NCBI GenBank assembly: GCA_049609065.1 | Contig: JBMYYE010000017.1 | Coordinates: 1 to 28,527 of the forward strand | From: Halocynthiibacter sp. | GTDB lineage: Bacteria > Pseudomonadota > Alphaproteobacteria > Rhodobacterales > Rhodobacteraceae | DNA length: 28,527 nucleotides | Reading direction: 5' to 3' | In this document: positions 9,260 to 19,956 of the stretch, piece after piece | Numbering within the stretch: position 1 is the stretch's first letter | Layout of the letters: each line of letters starts with the position of its first letter | Translations under genes and position numbers: made by a program | The notes under the pieces: generated by a model | The model's database searches: none | Told to the model about the DNA's origin: nothing | What the model saw: the letters and a program-made list of their open reading frames with translations, nothing else

Positions 9260-9380
9260 ATGAATACAATGTCACATAGCCCCCTTGCTGCACGCGCCTC
9301 TTTGCGCGGCCTTTTGCTATCTGACCTTCTTCTGCTTAGCTGCCTCTGAGCGTGCCCATGGCGCACGCGCTCAGAGGAGA
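9260..9380 (+). promoter_or_regulatory. Putative leucine leader peptide and attenuator-like hairpin upstream of leuA
   Basis: A small ORF at 9260-9349 encodes MNTMSHSPLAARASLRGLLLSDLLLLSCL*, with 9 Leu in 29 residues including a LLLSDLLLL run. Its stop is embedded in a near-perfect inverted repeat, CCTCTGAGCGTGCccatggcGCACGCGCTCAGAGG (9343-9377). This lies about 50 nt upstream of the leuA start. Confidence 0.45.
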
Positions 9381-9428
9381 TAACGATCCGCGCCGATCAC
9401 CTTTCAGCTAAGACAAAAATCAAGAGAC

Positions 9429-10988
9429 ATGACCATGACAAAAACGGACACTTCCGCCCCGCAAGACCGCGTAATTATTTTTGACACCACTTTGCGCGAT
9501 GGCGAACAATCCCCCGGCGCCACAATGACCCATAACGAGAAGCTCGAAATCGCGGGGCTTTTGGATGAAATGGGCGTCGATGTGATCGAAGCGGGGTTTC
9601 CAATTGCATCTGAAGGCGATTTTGCCGCCGTTTCTGAGATTGCCAAAAACTCCGTGAACTCACAGATTTGTGGCCTTTCGCGTGCCAATTTCAAAGACAT
9701 CGATCGCTGTTGGGAGGCTGTGAAACACGCCGCCAAGCCGCGCATCCACACCTTTATCGGCACCTCACCTTTGCACCGCGACATTCCTAATTTGTCCATG
9801 GATGAAATGGCGCAAGTGATCCACGACACCGTGACCCATGCGCGCAATCTTTGTGATAATGTGCAATGGTCCGCTATGGATGCAACCCGTACGGAGGAGG
9901 ATTACCTCTGCCGTGTGGTGGAAATCGCGATCAAAGCGGGCGCCAGCACCATCAACATCCCCGACACCGTAGGCTATACCGCACCGCGTGAAAGCGCCAA
10001 TATCATCCGGATGCTTTTGGAACGTGTTCCAGGCGCTGCAGACGTGATTTTTGCCACCCATTGCCACAATGATTTGGGCATGGCGACGGCCAATGCCTTG
10101 GCCGCGGTTGATGCAGGGGCGCGCCAAATTGAGTGTACGATCAATGGCTTAGGCGAACGCGCCGGCAACACGGCCTTGGAAGAAGTGGCCATGGCCATGA
10201 AGGTTCGCAACGACATCATGCCGTATCAAACAGGCATTGATACCACCAAAATCATGAACATTTCACGCCGTGTCGCGTCCGTTTCTGGTTTTGCGGTTCA
10301 ATATAACAAAGCCATTGTCGGCAAAAACGCCTTTGCCCATGAAAGCGGCATTCACCAAGATGGCATGCTCAAAAACGCGGAAACCTTCGAAATCATGCGT
10401 CCAGAGGATGTGGGTTTGACGGAATCGAGCCTCATCATGGGGAAACATTCCGGGCGCGCAGCCCTTCGCTCAAAGTTGAAAGATCTCGGGTATGAGTTGG
10501 GCGACAATCAGTTGAAGGACGTGTTTGTGCGGTTCAAGGAACTTGCCGATCGCAAGAAAGAAATCTTCTCCGAGGATCTCATCGCGCTTATGACGGAATC
10601 TGAAGCGGATGCCACCCATGATCATTTGCAGTTGAAATCGTTGAAGGTTGTTTGTGGCACCGAAGGTCCGCAAACGGCGGATTTGACCATGATCATTGAT
10701 GGTGAAGAAAAATCCATCACCTCAGATGGTGACGGCCCCGTGGATGCGGTGTTCATGGCGATCAAGGCGCTCTTTAGCCATTCGGCCAGCTTGGCGCTTT
10801 ACCAAGTGCATGCAGTGACCGAAGGCACCGATGCCCAAGCCACGGTGAGCGTGCGCATGGAAGAAGGCGGCAAAATTGTATCTGGTCAATCCTCTGACAC
10901 CGATACGGTTGTGGCCTCAGCCAAAGCCTATATCAACGCGTTGAACAAACTCATCCATCGCCGCGAGAAAAGCGCGCCTTCTGAGTAA
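9429..10988 (+). CDS. leuA: 2-isopropylmalate synthase
   Basis: The N-terminus reads ...IFDTTLRDGEQSPGATMTHNEKLEIAGLLDEMGVDVIEAGFP, and HxH metal-binding and LeuA C-terminal regulatory-domain features are present. A leucine-rich leader lies upstream. Confidence 0.9.
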   Translation: MTMTKTDTSAPQDRVIIFDTTLRDGEQSPGATMTHNEKLEIAGLLDEMGVDVIEAGFPIASEGDFAAVSEIAKNSVNSQICGLSRANFKDIDRCWEAVKHAAKPRIHTFIGTSPLHRDIPNLSMDEMAQVIHDTVTHARNLCDNVQWSAMDATRTEEDYLCRVVEIAIKAGASTINIPDTVGYTAPRESANIIRMLLERVPGAADVIFATHCHNDLGMATANALAAVDAGARQIECTINGLGERAGNTALEEVAMAMKVRNDIMPYQTGIDTTKIMNISRRVASVSGFAVQYNKAIVGKNAFAHESGIHQDGMLKNAETFEIMRPEDVGLTESSLIMGKHSGRAALRSKLKDLGYELGDNQLKDVFVRFKELADRKKEIFSEDLIALMTESEADATHDHLQLKSLKVVCGTEGPQTADLTMIIDGEEKSITSDGDGPVDAVFMAIKALFSHSASLALYQVHAVTEGTDAQATVSVRMEEGGKIVSGQSSDTDTVVASAKAYINALNKLIHRREKSAPSE

Positions 10989-11010
10989 AATTCATCCTTG
11001 ATCTGAAAAT

Positions 11011-11044
11011 AAAAAGCCTCGCAAATATTGCGAGGCTTTTTGCT
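11011..11044. terminator. Bidirectional intrinsic terminator between leuA (+) and the Wzy_C gene (-)
   Basis: aaaaaGCCTCGCAAatatTTGCGAGGCtttttg: a 9-bp perfect stem flanked by an A-run and a T-run, so it can terminate both convergent transcripts. Confidence 0.7.
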
Positions 11045-12249
11045 TATTCGATTTCTTTGTCACGCCGATTAAGGAATAAATACATCGTGACCATTGTAAA
11101 CACGAACATTGATAACGTTATACTGTTTTTCCACATCACATCCGTTAACGTTAGCAAAAACAGCTGCGCTAAGAAGCAAAAAACAACCAGCAGCTGTTCT
11201 TTTGATCGCGCCGCCAAAAATACGCTCGCATAGCTGAGTATCATGGCGCCAGACGACAATATTCCAAACCGTGCTGTCACATCGATGATTTCATTGTGAT
11301 AATGCCTAAAATTGCGCAAGGAGGGATCACCAGCAATCGAAACCCACGCGTCATGTTTACTGCCGACTCCGAACCATGGGTTTTCAGCAATCACATTAAA
11401 GCCCGTTTGCCAAATGAATTTGCGAGGAAATCCTCCATAGGAGCTTGCCGATAGATTCTGATCCTCTCCGATTATACTTGTGAAAAAATTCAAGAATTTA
11501 AGCACAATATATGGCTGTTCCAACACACCAACCACGACAGGGATATACATCCCCAAATTTGCAATCAAAAATACAACCCAAAAAACGGGCACCCGAATAT
11601 GCTTGATTAGAAGCACAATTAAAATTAGTTCTGCAACAACAGTGGGTATGCGGCTTCCGGTTAGCATTGCTGCCCAACAGCTGAACACCCCCCCCACAAG
11701 CAACACCATCTTTTGGGGATGCCTGTAGAAGAGCCCAACGGCACACCAAAACATCATCTGAACAGATATCATCCCCAACGGGATTGGATTGTACCCAAAT
11801 GCAACGCGCGGAACTTGATATATGATCGTTTCCCCAAGCGCGCCTATCCCATATAAAATGGCGCATATTGCGACGCATAAGACAGCCTTTTCAAAGGTTA
11901 AACCTCTCTTAAGGAGCACAAGCGCAACGGCACCGCCTAAGGCGACAGGCGAATAGCTTATGGCGACTTTGATCACAGCCTCCGCCGTGTTTTGCGTCAT
12001 CCACTCCGAAAATAGAAGGCTCACATATGTGAATATAAAACAATAAATTGGAACTCGAAAACGCCCGATTGGTAGAACATGATTGTGCCCCCTATCAATC
12101 AATATGATTGGCACCATCACACAAAGCAAAATAACAAAGGCTATAAGTCCCCAATCTGTATCCAGCCCCGTTAAAAAAACAGCAAGACCAAAGAAAATCG
12201 CACCCACATACGAAACATCTTCATAAAGTTTACCTGTGTTTTTTTGCAT
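11044..12249 (-). CDS. O-antigen ligase/polymerase-like (Wzy_C domain) integral membrane protein
   Basis: The protein has many TM helices and a periplasmic loop with the motifs GSRIPT and HNEIIDV, which are characteristic of WaaL/Wzy/PglL-type proteins. Its GC content is clearly lower than the neighbouring genes. I prefer the ATG at 12249 (MQKNTGK...), which follows GAGGAGAG; the supplied ORF runs further, to 12360. Confidence 0.6.
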   Translation of the reverse strand: MQKNTGKLYEDVSYVGAIFFGLAVFLTGLDTDWGLIAFVILLCVMVPIILIDRGHNHVLPIGRFRVPIYCFIFTYVSLLFSEWMTQNTAEAVIKVAISYSPVALGGAVALVLLKRGLTFEKAVLCVAICAILYGIGALGETIIYQVPRVAFGYNPIPLGMISVQMMFWCAVGLFYRHPQKMVLLVGGVFSCWAAMLTGSRIPTVVAELILIVLLIKHIRVPVFWVVFLIANLGMYIPVVVGVLEQPYIVLKFLNFFTSIIGEDQNLSASSYGGFPRKFIWQTGFNVIAENPWFGVGSKHDAWVSIAGDPSLRNFRHYHNEIIDVTARFGILSSGAMILSYASVFLAARSKEQLLVVFCFLAQLFLLTLTDVMWKNSITLSMFVFTMVTMYLFLNRRDKEIE

Positions 12250-12448
12250 ATGGCTCTCCTCAGAAGTCCGACATAACAGTCCGCAAATTTTCTGTCTATA
12301 AATATTGGCACCACGAAATAGACAAATCCCCCCTTCTTTGCGAGCAAAAACACGCCGCATAACAGGAGATACGCTTTACCCCATTAAGGATGAGTGTTTA
12401 TATGCGGTCGGCTACGGTATAGAAGAATCGTAGCTTACTCATTTTTAA

Positions 12449-13501
<1,053 letters not shown>

Positions 13502-13566
13502 CCCAACGGGCGGCAATGCCCAGCTTGTCAAATACTTCAATACCTTAGGGGGAAGCGGGGCAGGAA

Positions 13567-14490
13567 TTGGCGACAACACAAGATAAAGACTTTGACTATG
13601 TCACCCCCCTTAAGCGTTTGCTTGTTGGGGGTCTGGTTACGTTTTTGCTCATCTTGTTTGTTTTGTGGCGCATCGATAGTCCACGGGCCGACCGCATGCG
13701 CAACGCCATGGTTGATCGCTTTTTACCGAGCTTCTCTTGGGTCATCGTGCCGATCACGGCTGGGCGCGATATGTTGCGCGATTTCCAATCCTACCAGCGT
13801 ATTTTTGAACAAAACAACGAACTGCGCCGTGAATTGCAACGTATGAAAGCCTGGAAAGAGGCAGCCATTCAGCTCGAACAAGAAAACGCACGGCTTTTGG
13901 CGCTCAATAATGTGCGCCTCAATCCCAAGCTCACCTTCGTAACAGGCCAGGTTATGGCCGATAGCGGCTCGCCGTTTCGTCAATCCCTCATCTTGAATGT
14001 AGGCGCGCGTGATGGCGTGCATGAAGGCTGGGCAACCATGGATGGTCTTGGCCTTGTTGGGCGGATTTCAGGCGTGGGCAAAACCACGGCCCGTGTGCTT
14101 TTGCTCACCGATGTGAATAGCCGGGTGCCCGTGCGCATTCAGCCCTCAGGCCTGCGCGCGATCCTTGTGGGTGACAATAGCTTTTCCCCCGTTATCGAAT
14201 TTGTCGAGCGCCCCGAAGACGTGCGCCCCGGGGATCGGATTGTGACCTCTGGCGAAGGCGGGGTCTTCCCCCCTGACCTTCTGATTGGGCAAATTGTTTT
14301 GGGCGCGGATAAACGGCTGCGAAGCGATCTTGCGGCTGATTATCAACGCCTCAACTACCTGCGCGTTTTACGGGCCCATGACAGCGAAAAAATCACCGAA
14401 CGCGGCGGGATTATTGCCCCACGCACAAAGTTACCAACAGTGCCCGCCATTTCTACGGATAAAGCCCCCGAAGAAGACAGCAATGGATAG
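13567..14490 (+). CDS. mreC: Rod shape-determining protein MreC
   Basis: It sits immediately after mreB. There is an N-terminal TM helix, a coiled-coil segment (ELRRELQRMKAWKEAAIQLEQENARLLAL), and beta-rich C-terminal domains. The only in-frame start after the upstream stop is the TTG at 13567. Confidence 0.75.
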   Translation: MATTQDKDFDYVTPLKRLLVGGLVTFLLILFVLWRIDSPRADRMRNAMVDRFLPSFSWVIVPITAGRDMLRDFQSYQRIFEQNNELRRELQRMKAWKEAAIQLEQENARLLALNNVRLNPKLTFVTGQVMADSGSPFRQSLILNVGARDGVHEGWATMDGLGLVGRISGVGKTTARVLLLTDVNSRVPVRIQPSGLRAILVGDNSFSPVIEFVERPEDVRPGDRIVTSGEGGVFPPDLLIGQIVLGADKRLRSDLAADYQRLNYLRVLRAHDSEKITERGGIIAPRTKLPTVPAISTDKAPEEDSNG

Positions 14491-15022
14491 GCGCGTTTTC
14501 TTTCCACTTTTGGCCAAATGGGTGCTTTATGTGGCCATAGCCTGCATCACTTTGATTTTGCAGATGGTGCCAACGATGGAGCTTCGCTTTTGGCTGCCAG
14601 TGCCTGACATCATGGCTGTGGTGACACTGGTATGGGCGCTGCGTCATCCCGACTCTGTGCCCGCCATCCTTGTGGTGGCCATGGCGCTTTTGGCAGATTT
14701 CCTTTTGGCGCGCCCTCTTGGGATTGCCCCGTTTTTACTGCTTTTAATGAGCGAATTTGTCCGCAACCGCAGCCGTGATTTGCGAAAGATGCAGCTTTTG
14801 CCGGAATGGGCCACCGCATCAGCCGCCCTTTTGGTGCTGATCATTGCCGAACGCATGATCTATGTCATGACCTTCATTCAGCCCCCGCCCCTCAGCTACA
14901 GCCTACTTTTGTTTTTGATGAATGCTTTGATTTATCCTGTGGTGGTGTTTGTGTCATGGGCCGCATTTGGCATTCGAAAAACCGCCATTGGGGAAATCGA
15001 TGATTTGGGACAGGTGCTATGA
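14483..15022 (+). CDS. mreD: Rod shape-determining protein MreD
   Basis: A hydrophobic 179-aa protein. Its ATG overlaps the mreC stop (ATGGATAG), and its stop overlaps the PBP2 start (ATGA). The longer supplied ORF (from 14285) is an upstream extension that overlaps mreC. Confidence 0.7.
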   Translation: MDRRVFFPLLAKWVLYVAIACITLILQMVPTMELRFWLPVPDIMAVVTLVWALRHPDSVPAILVVAMALLADFLLARPLGIAPFLLLLMSEFVRNRSRDLRKMQLLPEWATASAALLVLIIAERMIYVMTFIQPPPLSYSLLLFLMNALIYPVVVFVSWAAFGIRKTAIGEIDDLGQVL

Positions 15023-16962
15023 AACGGTCCGATCGCGAAGCCGAACTCTGCCAAAAAAAATTCACCCGTCGGGCACTTTTGCTTGGTGCGACCCAGATTG
15101 TTTTTGGCGCAGGGCTTGCGTTTCGCATGCGCCAGTTACAAGTCGAAGACGCAGATGAATATCGGCTTTTGGCGGAAGAAAACCGCATCAATATCCGCCT
15201 TTTGCCACCTGCACGCGGGCGTATCTATGACCGTGATGGGCGGGCGATTGCCATAAATGTGCGCAACTACCGCGTGTTTATGGTCCGCGAAGAAGCAGGA
15301 GATGCAAAACAGGTGCTCGCACATTTGGCGATGCTCATTGATTTGCCGCAAGAGAAAATCGACGCAACACTTGAGACCATGAAAACGCGCCGCGCCTTTG
15401 TGCCTGTGGCGGTGACTGATAATCTCACATGGGAGGATCTCGCGCATATTGCGGCCAATGCCCCTGCTCTTCCTGGGATTTATTCCGAGCTTGCCTTGTC
15501 ACGGCGCTATCCCCTTGGCGAAGATTTTGCCCATATCGTCGGCTATGTGGGGCATGTGTCCGATTATGACCTTGCGCGCATTGATGACAAAGACCCGCTT
15601 TTGCAAATTCCACGGTTTCAAATCGGCAAATTTGGCGTGGAAACCAAAATGGAAAAATCCCTGCGTGGCAAAGCGGGCGTGAAACGCATTGAGGTCAACG
15701 CTCTTGGCCGCGTGATGCGTGAATTGGACCGCCAAGAAGGTGATCCCGGCGACAATCTTCAGATCACCGTTGACAGCTGGCTGCAAAATTATGTGCAAGC
15801 GCGCCTCAATGGCGAAAGCGCAAGTGCCGTGGTTATGGACATTCACACCGGTGATATCCTGGCCTCCGGCTCTGCTCCGACATTTGATCCAAATCTCTTT
15901 GTGCATGGGATTTCAAGCAAAGATTACAAAGCCTTAAATGATGATCCTTACCGCCCGTTTTCGTCAAAATCCGTCCAAGGCACCTACCCGCCCGGCTCCA
16001 CCTTTAAGATGGTCACAGCCTTAGCCGCCCTTGATGCAGGTGTGATCAAAACAGACACGCGTTTCACCTGTAAAGGCCATTTAGAAGTCCATTCCCGCAA
16101 ATTCCACTGCTGGAAACGCGCAGGCCATGGCAGCGTTGATTTGGAACGGTCCCTGCGCGAAAGTTGCGACGTTTATTACTACGAAATCGCACAGCTCACA
16201 GGCATTGAGCGCATCACAAAAATGGCGCGGCGTCTTGGACTTGGCGAACGTCACGATATTCCGCTGACGGCGGTGGCCAAGGGGCTCACCCCGACCAAAG
16301 ACTGGAAACGCAAAGTCAAAAAGAAAGATTGGGTTGTTGGCGATAGCTTGAACGCCTCCATCGGACAAGGCTTTGTGCTGGCGTCTCCTTTGCAATTGGC
16401 GATTATGACGGCCCGCTTGGCCCGTGGAACGGCGGTCACACCGCGCCTTTTGAAATCCATCAACGGCATCGAAACCCCAAAACAAGGGGGGGGCGATTTG
16501 GGAATTGATCCTGCGCATCTGGCCGCGGTGCAAAATGGTATGTTTAGTGTCTCCAACCACCGCCGTGGGACGGCATTTGGATCGCGGATCGCCACCAAAG
16601 ACTACCGCATGGCTGGCAAAACCGGTACCTCACAGGTGCGCAACATCACCAAGGCCGAACGAAAGCGTGGCGTGACACGCAACGAAGATTTGCCGTGGGA
16701 GCGCCGCGACCATGCGCTCTTTGTGGCCTATGCCCCAGTTGATAACCCCAAATACGCGGTCTCCGTTGTGGTCGAGCATGGTGGGGGGGGCTCCAAGGTT
16801 GCAGCCCCGATCGCCCGCGACATCATGATCGCTGCACAAACCGGCGAGGTCCCAAGTTTGAGCCACTATCCCGCCGGCCAGCATCACAAAATTCGCAGCC
16901 AACAGCGCAAGCTCATTTTACGCGATCCAGACACCGTTTTGGATGAAAGCGATCAAGCATGA
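15019..16962 (+). CDS. mrdA: Penicillin-binding protein 2 (elongasome transpeptidase)
   Basis: A 647-aa ORF with an N-terminal TM helix, a PBP dimerisation domain and a transpeptidase domain carrying the STFK, SxN and KTG motifs. It is translationally coupled to mreD. Confidence 0.9.
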   Translation: MKRSDREAELCQKKFTRRALLLGATQIVFGAGLAFRMRQLQVEDADEYRLLAEENRINIRLLPPARGRIYDRDGRAIAINVRNYRVFMVREEAGDAKQVLAHLAMLIDLPQEKIDATLETMKTRRAFVPVAVTDNLTWEDLAHIAANAPALPGIYSELALSRRYPLGEDFAHIVGYVGHVSDYDLARIDDKDPLLQIPRFQIGKFGVETKMEKSLRGKAGVKRIEVNALGRVMRELDRQEGDPGDNLQITVDSWLQNYVQARLNGESASAVVMDIHTGDILASGSAPTFDPNLFVHGISSKDYKALNDDPYRPFSSKSVQGTYPPGSTFKMVTALAALDAGVIKTDTRFTCKGHLEVHSRKFHCWKRAGHGSVDLERSLRESCDVYYYEIAQLTGIERITKMARRLGLGERHDIPLTAVAKGLTPTKDWKRKVKKKDWVVGDSLNASIGQGFVLASPLQLAIMTARLARGTAVTPRLLKSINGIETPKQGGGDLGIDPAHLAAVQNGMFSVSNHRRGTAFGSRIATKDYRMAGKTGTSQVRNITKAERKRGVTRNEDLPWERRDHALFVAYAPVDNPKYAVSVVVEHGGGGSKVAAPIARDIMIAAQTGEVPSLSHYPAGQHHKIRSQQRKLILRDPDTVLDESDQA

Positions 16963-18104
16963 GCTATCTCAATTACCGCGATCATAGCAGCCCCACAGGT
17001 TTTAAAAAGCTCCTCCATGTCAATTGGGCTTTGATCCTGATTATACTAGCCATTTCATGTTATGGCTTCATGATGCTCTATTCGGTTGCGGGGGGGGATT
17101 TTGAACCGTGGTTGGCGCCGCAATTCAAACGTTTCCTCCTTGGGATCACCATAATGTCCATCATTGCCTTCGTGCCCATTTGGGTGTGGCGCAATATGGC
17201 AGGCCCGGCCTATATTGGGGCTTTTCTATTGCTGATCACCGTCGAGATTTTTGGCACCGTTGGCATGGGGGCGCAGCGCTGGATTGATCTTGGTTTTATG
17301 CGTTTGCAGCCTTCTGAGCTGATGAAAGTTGCCCTTATCATGATCTTGGCGGCCTATTATGATTGGCTTGACCTGAAAAAGGTATCTCACCCTATTTGGG
17401 TTGCCATTCCCGCGGTTTTAATCTTGCTGCCGGTGGCTTTGGTGCTGCGGCAACCCGATTTGGGAACGTCTCTTCTTCTCATAATGGGGGGAGGTACGGT
17501 TATGTTGCTGGCGGGGGTGAGTTGGTGGTATTTTGGCACGGTTTTTGCAGCGGGGCTTGGAGTTGTCACGGCGGTTTTCACCACCCGTGGCACGTCTTTT
17601 CAGCTCCTCAAGGATTACCAATATCGCCGTATTGATACGTTTTTGGACCCCGCATCAGATCCTTTGGGCGCAGGTTATCACATCACACAATCCAAGATTG
17701 CGCTTGGATCTGGCGGCTGGACGGGACGTGGGTTCATGCAAGGCACACAGTCACGTTTGAATTTTCTTCCTGAAAAACATACGGACTTCATTTTCACCAC
17801 CTTAGCAGAAGAGTTTGGATTTTTGGGAGGCATTTCCCTATTGGGTCTCTATTTGTTGGTGATTATGTTTTGCATTGCCTCCGCCCTTCGCAACTCCAAC
17901 CGATTTGGCGCGCTCCTGACGATGGGGATTGCCATGACGTTTTTCCTCTTCTTTTCGGTCAACATGTCGATGGTTATGGGCATGGCGCCTGTTGTTGGTG
18001 TGCCTTTGCCGCTTGTGTCTTATGGCGGGTCTGCCATGCTCGTGTTGCTGGTTGGCTTTGGTTTGGTGCAAAGCGCCCATATTCATAGGAAAAAACCGCA
18101 ATGA
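16959..18104 (+). CDS. rodA: Peptidoglycan glycosyltransferase RodA (SEDS family)
   Basis: A polytopic membrane protein of 381 aa with FtsW/RodA/SpoVE family features. Its start overlaps the mrdA stop (ATGA). Confidence 0.88.
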   Translation: MSYLNYRDHSSPTGFKKLLHVNWALILIILAISCYGFMMLYSVAGGDFEPWLAPQFKRFLLGITIMSIIAFVPIWVWRNMAGPAYIGAFLLLITVEIFGTVGMGAQRWIDLGFMRLQPSELMKVALIMILAAYYDWLDLKKVSHPIWVAIPAVLILLPVALVLRQPDLGTSLLLIMGGGTVMLLAGVSWWYFGTVFAAGLGVVTAVFTTRGTSFQLLKDYQYRRIDTFLDPASDPLGAGYHITQSKIALGSGGWTGRGFMQGTQSRLNFLPEKHTDFIFTTLAEEFGFLGGISLLGLYLLVIMFCIASALRNSNRFGALLTMGIAMTFFLFFSVNMSMVMGMAPVVGVPLPLVSYGGSAMLVLLVGFGLVQSAHIHRKKPQ

Positions 18105-19033
18105 CCTTAAACGTTCTTTTTGCCGCGCGCCCCGACCGTTGGGACAGCTATGAAGCCCCATTACATCAAGCGTTTGAGGATGCGGCACTTGATATCGATT
18201 TACGGCAAAGCTTTGCCCCAGATGAGGTCGATTATATCATTTACGCCCCCAATGGGCCTGTGTCGGATTTTAGCCCGTTCACGCGGTGCAAAGCGGTTTT
18301 GAACCTCTGGGCCGGCGTGGATCAAATCGTTGGCAACGCGACATTGACCCAGCCCCTCACCCGGATGGTAGATTACGGGCTAGAAGCGGGTATGCGCGAA
18401 TGGGTGATCGGGCATGTGATGCGCTATCACCTTGGTTTGGACGCCTATATCACGACCCAAGACGGCGTGTGGGCGCCCAAGGTCCCACCCCTCGCCCGAG
18501 AGCGCCGCATCGGCATTTTGGGGCTTGGCACATTGGGGCAAGCCGTCGCAGACGGGCTTAACGCAATTGGGTTTCAGGTTTCAGGCTGGTCGCGCACCGC
18601 CAAAGAGGTGGACAATGTGCAAACCTATAGCGGCGAAGACGGGCTTTTGGAGATGCTTGGCACATCCGATATGGTTGTGCTGTTGTTGCCTGACACACCG
18701 CAAACGCAAAATATCCTCAACGCGGATCGTTTGGCTTTGCTGCCACGTGGGGCCTATGTCATCAATCCCGGGCGTGGCCCATTGATTGAGGATGCCGCGT
18801 TGATCGATGCCCTTAATCGCGGGCAGATTGCCCATGCGACGTTAGATGTGTTTCGCCAAGAACCACTGCCCAAAGACGATCCATACTGGACGCATCCATC
18901 GGTTACCGTCACCCCGCATATCGCCTCAGAAACCCGTGCAAGCACAGCCAGTGAAATCATCGCGGACAATATCAAGCGATCGGAAAATGGCGATGCTCTT
19001 CGGTTTTTAGTGGACCGCGCCCGCGGCTATTAA
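18101..19033 (+). CDS. D-isomer-specific 2-hydroxyacid dehydrogenase (glyoxylate/hydroxypyruvate reductase-like)
   Basis: An NAD-binding motif GILGLGTLGQAVA and a catalytic-domain pattern R...E...H (PHIASET) are present. The start overlaps the rodA stop (ATGA). Confidence 0.75.
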   Translation: MTLNVLFAARPDRWDSYEAPLHQAFEDAALDIDLRQSFAPDEVDYIIYAPNGPVSDFSPFTRCKAVLNLWAGVDQIVGNATLTQPLTRMVDYGLEAGMREWVIGHVMRYHLGLDAYITTQDGVWAPKVPPLARERRIGILGLGTLGQAVADGLNAIGFQVSGWSRTAKEVDNVQTYSGEDGLLEMLGTSDMVVLLLPDTPQTQNILNADRLALLPRGAYVINPGRGPLIEDAALIDALNRGQIAHATLDVFRQEPLPKDDPYWTHPSVTVTPHIASETRASTASEIIADNIKRSENGDALRFLVDRARGY

Positions 19034-19833
19034 CGAAGCTTTGGTGGCGCATCTGGATCCATGCCTGGGGCCTTTGGGCCGCCAAGCTCTTGGATATCGA
19101 TTTCTTGGGGTTGCGGTTCTGGCATCTCAAGTTTTAGGCCATGGGCTTCAAAATTGGCCACAACAGGATCGTCAGCCAAAAAGAATGAGACATCCACTTC
19201 GCCCGTTTCATAGCCAGAGAAGCTCAACACTTCTTGCACCGCTTGCGCGAGCGGCTCTCGCGCCCAATCTTCGGCCCCGATAAACGCCATCAACGTGCCA
19301 ACGCGCCCTGACGCATAGGTCGCAGACATCATATAGGCACAATCGGCAAGCCGCCCCGCCATCGCCAATTTGGCCCCCAAAGAGAGCAACAAATTCTCTG
19401 GCATATTTTTAGGCGCTGTGATTTCTTCGATCCGCTCTTCAACGTCTTGTGGGCGCTCATCAAGCGTAACCGCCATCCAATCCACCGCCTCGGGTGCCAG
19501 AAGGTTTTCCGACGCCGCGCCCAAATTAATTCCAAGCCCAAGACCTTCACCTTCGAGCATTTGCACCAAGGCCCGCCCTGACATTTCCACATATGGCGAT
19601 GGGGTTTGAGTAAACTCAACAAGCCGCTCAGACGTGTCAAAAGCCAACACAATTGCCGTGCCATCCACATCAAAAAGCTCAGGCTCCATTTGGCCATCAT
19701 CGATTTCTTTGGTCAAAAGGATATAGAGCAAACTATCTGATATTCTTGCCAAATATTGCGGCTGTGCCTGCGCGGGATCGGGCGCATTTTGCATCACGTC
19801 AAAAGCAATATCGATGGCGGTTTGATCGGTCAT
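19030..19833 (-). CDS. SseB-family-like acidic protein (hypothetical)
   Basis: A 267-aa acidic protein. The segment YILLTKEIDDG...VDGTAIVLAFDTSERL resembles the SseB N-terminal domain. Its stop overlaps the dehydrogenase stop on the opposite strand. Confidence 0.35.
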   Translation of the reverse strand: MTDQTAIDIAFDVMQNAPDPAQAQPQYLARISDSLLYILLTKEIDDGQMEPELFDVDGTAIVLAFDTSERLVEFTQTPSPYVEMSGRALVQMLEGEGLGLGINLGAASENLLAPEAVDWMAVTLDERPQDVEERIEEITAPKNMPENLLLSLGAKLAMAGRLADCAYMMSATYASGRVGTLMAFIGAEDWAREPLAQAVQEVLSFSGYETGEVDVSFFLADDPVVANFEAHGLKLEMPEPQPQEIDIQELGGPKAPGMDPDAPPKLR

Positions 19834-19896
19834 GACGGATTTTTCCTAGGTCTAGAGATGGGGCCAAGTCCTACGCCCTTCCCCATAAAGACACAA

Positions 19897-19956
19897 GCCC
19901 CCTCACTAGCCCCCTCACTGGCCCTCTGACTGGCCCTCCCACTGGCCCACCACCAA
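19897..19956. repeat. Five degenerate tandem copies of a 12-bp unit (GCCCCCTCACTG-like) in a divergent intergenic region
   Basis: The units read gccccctcacta | gccccctcactg | gccctctgactg | gccctcccactg | gcccaccaccaa by direct inspection. Confidence 0.5.

Noticed and set aside
14285-14482. Upstream 66-codon extension of the mreD ORF
   Set aside because: It overlaps the mreC coding frame. The internal ATG at 14483 gives a canonical overlapping ATGGATAG junction and an MreD-sized protein.
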